This document shows, piece after piece, positions 62,929-64,000 of a stretch of 64,000 nucleotides of DNA. Within the stretch, counting starts at the first letter, position 1. Each line of letters starts with the position of its first letter. The stretch is from Pseudomonadota bacterium (GTDB lineage: Bacteria > Pseudomonadota > Alphaproteobacteria > Sphingomonadales > Sphingomonadaceae): assembly GCA_023417515.1 (NCBI GenBank), contig JAEZFL010000058.1, positions 2,952 to 66,951 on the forward strand. Reading direction: 5' to 3'. The translations under genes were made by a program, and so were the position numbers. Under the pieces are notes generated by a model. The model saw nothing but the letters and a program-made list of their open reading frames with translations. It had not been told where the DNA came from and did no database searches.

Positions 62929-64000
62929 TTACACCGTCACCGGCACGTTCTTCACCCCTTCGGTGCCGAACACCGCGCGATAGGCGGCGATCTCGCCCGC
63001 CGGCCCGATCGCTTTCTCGTAATTGTCGCTGAGCTTGACCGCGCTCTGGCCGTTCACCGCAGTCACCTTGCACACCAAAGAGATGGGCCGCATCACGTCG
63101 GACCCGCGCGGGTGGCAGCCGATGAAGTCGTTGGTGAGGTTGGTTCCCCATCCGAAGCCCATCTGCACCCGCCCGTCGAAATGGCGGTGGATGGCGAGGA
63201 TGTCCGTGCCGTTGGCCGGCGCTCCGTCCAGAGCCACGTCGAGCCCGTCGGAGAAGATTATCAGCCGCGAGTCCGCGACCTCCCGATCCGACAGCCCGGT
63301 CCGCTTCCAGAAGGCGATCAGCTCCTCGCCCGCCTCGAACGGGTCCTTCGAATCCGGCCGCGCCCCGGTCCACTGGGCGACGAAGGGCGGCGCGTCGCGC
63401 AGGAACTGGGTCGTTCCGAACGTGTCGGGCAGGAAGACCAGCAGATTGCCGCGATACTCGCTCTGCCACTGGGCGAGCATGTCATATTGCGACTGCTTCA
63501 GCGCCGCCGCATCGCCCGGCCGCCGCTGCCGCGCCAGAGCCGCCATCACCATCGGCAGCTCGTGGGCGTTGGTGCCCTTGGCCTCGAGCCCGTGCTTCAT
63601 CGCCATGAAGATGTTCGACGTGCCGGTGAAGCGGTCGCCGAGAAGCTCGGCCGCGGTCAGGATGCAATGCTCCTGCCACAGGAAGCCGTGCCTCCGCCTC
63701 GTCCCGAAATCGGTGAGGTTGAGGCCCGGCAGTCCCTTAAGCCGCTCGAGCTTGGCGTAGAGCTTCACCTTGGCCCGCGCATAGAGGATGTCGAGCTCGG
63801 ACCGGCTCATGTCCCGCATGATCGCCCGCGAGCGAAGCTCGCTGAGGATTGCGAGCGCCGGGATCTCCCACATCGACGTCTGCCACCAGGGCCCGTCGAA
63901 GCGCAGGTCGAGCTGGCCGTCGGCGCCGAGGCTCAGTTCATAGCCCGGCAGCCGGAAGTCCTTGAGCGCGTCGAGATAGGCCGGCTTGAAGATTCCGCTC
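62929..64000 (-). CDS. pncB: Nicotinate phosphoribosyltransferase (5' end outside the window)
   Basis: DFGTRRRH, GTNAHE, RPDS, FSDGL, GWGTNL, KLSD. Confidence 0.93.
   Translation of the reverse strand, partial: SGIFKPAYLDALKDFRLPGYELSLGADGQLDLRFDGPWWQTSMWEIPALAILSELRSRAIMRDMSRSELDILYARAKVKLYAKLERLKGLPGLNLTDFGTRRRHGFLWQEHCILTAAELLGDRFTGTSNIFMAMKHGLEAKGTNAHELPMVMAALARQRRPGDAAALKQSQYDMLAQWQSEYRGNLLVFLPDTFGTTQFLRDAPPFVAQWTGARPDSKDPFEAGEELIAFWKRTGLSDREVADSRLIIFSDGLDVALDGAPANGTDILAIHRHFDGRVQMGFGWGTNLTNDFIGCHPRGSDVMRPISLVCKVTAVNGQSAVKLSDNYEKAIGPAGEIAAYRAVFGTEGVKNVPVTV

Overview
A high-GC alphaproteobacterial chromosome segment; gene content and repeat types point to Sphingomonadaceae. Most of it is housekeeping: phoD, petABC, trmL, hemF, lipB, queCE, hslO, pip, argD, gcrA, parE, apaG, recO, two cysteine desulfurases with a ferredoxin, thiSG, aroQ-accBC, aat, recX, tRNA-Trp, secE-nusG and pncAB. 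The standout is a ~6.4 kb accessory block between gcrA and parE (23701-30084) that looks like an undescribed RiPP system. It has a 61-aa precursor-like peptide (twin-Arg/Tat-like leader, YTAP motif, Ser/Thr-rich tail), a PqqD/RRE-HPr-kinase fusion, a TPR-sulfotransferase and a nucleotidyltransferase. It also has a divergently encoded YydG/EpeE-like radical SAM enzyme (possible peptide epimerase) and an Fe(II)/2OG dioxygenase, with no lasso cyclase or peptidase. Other observations: several families of palindromic intergenic repeats, one inserted in-frame in a cysteine desulfurase and one separating thiS from thiG; a ParD-like antitoxin broken by one in-frame stop; a PIN TA pair with a palindromic operator; three EcfG-type promoters; CtrA-like boxes; and two candidate sRNAs. 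All calls come from reading motifs by eye; no database searches were run.
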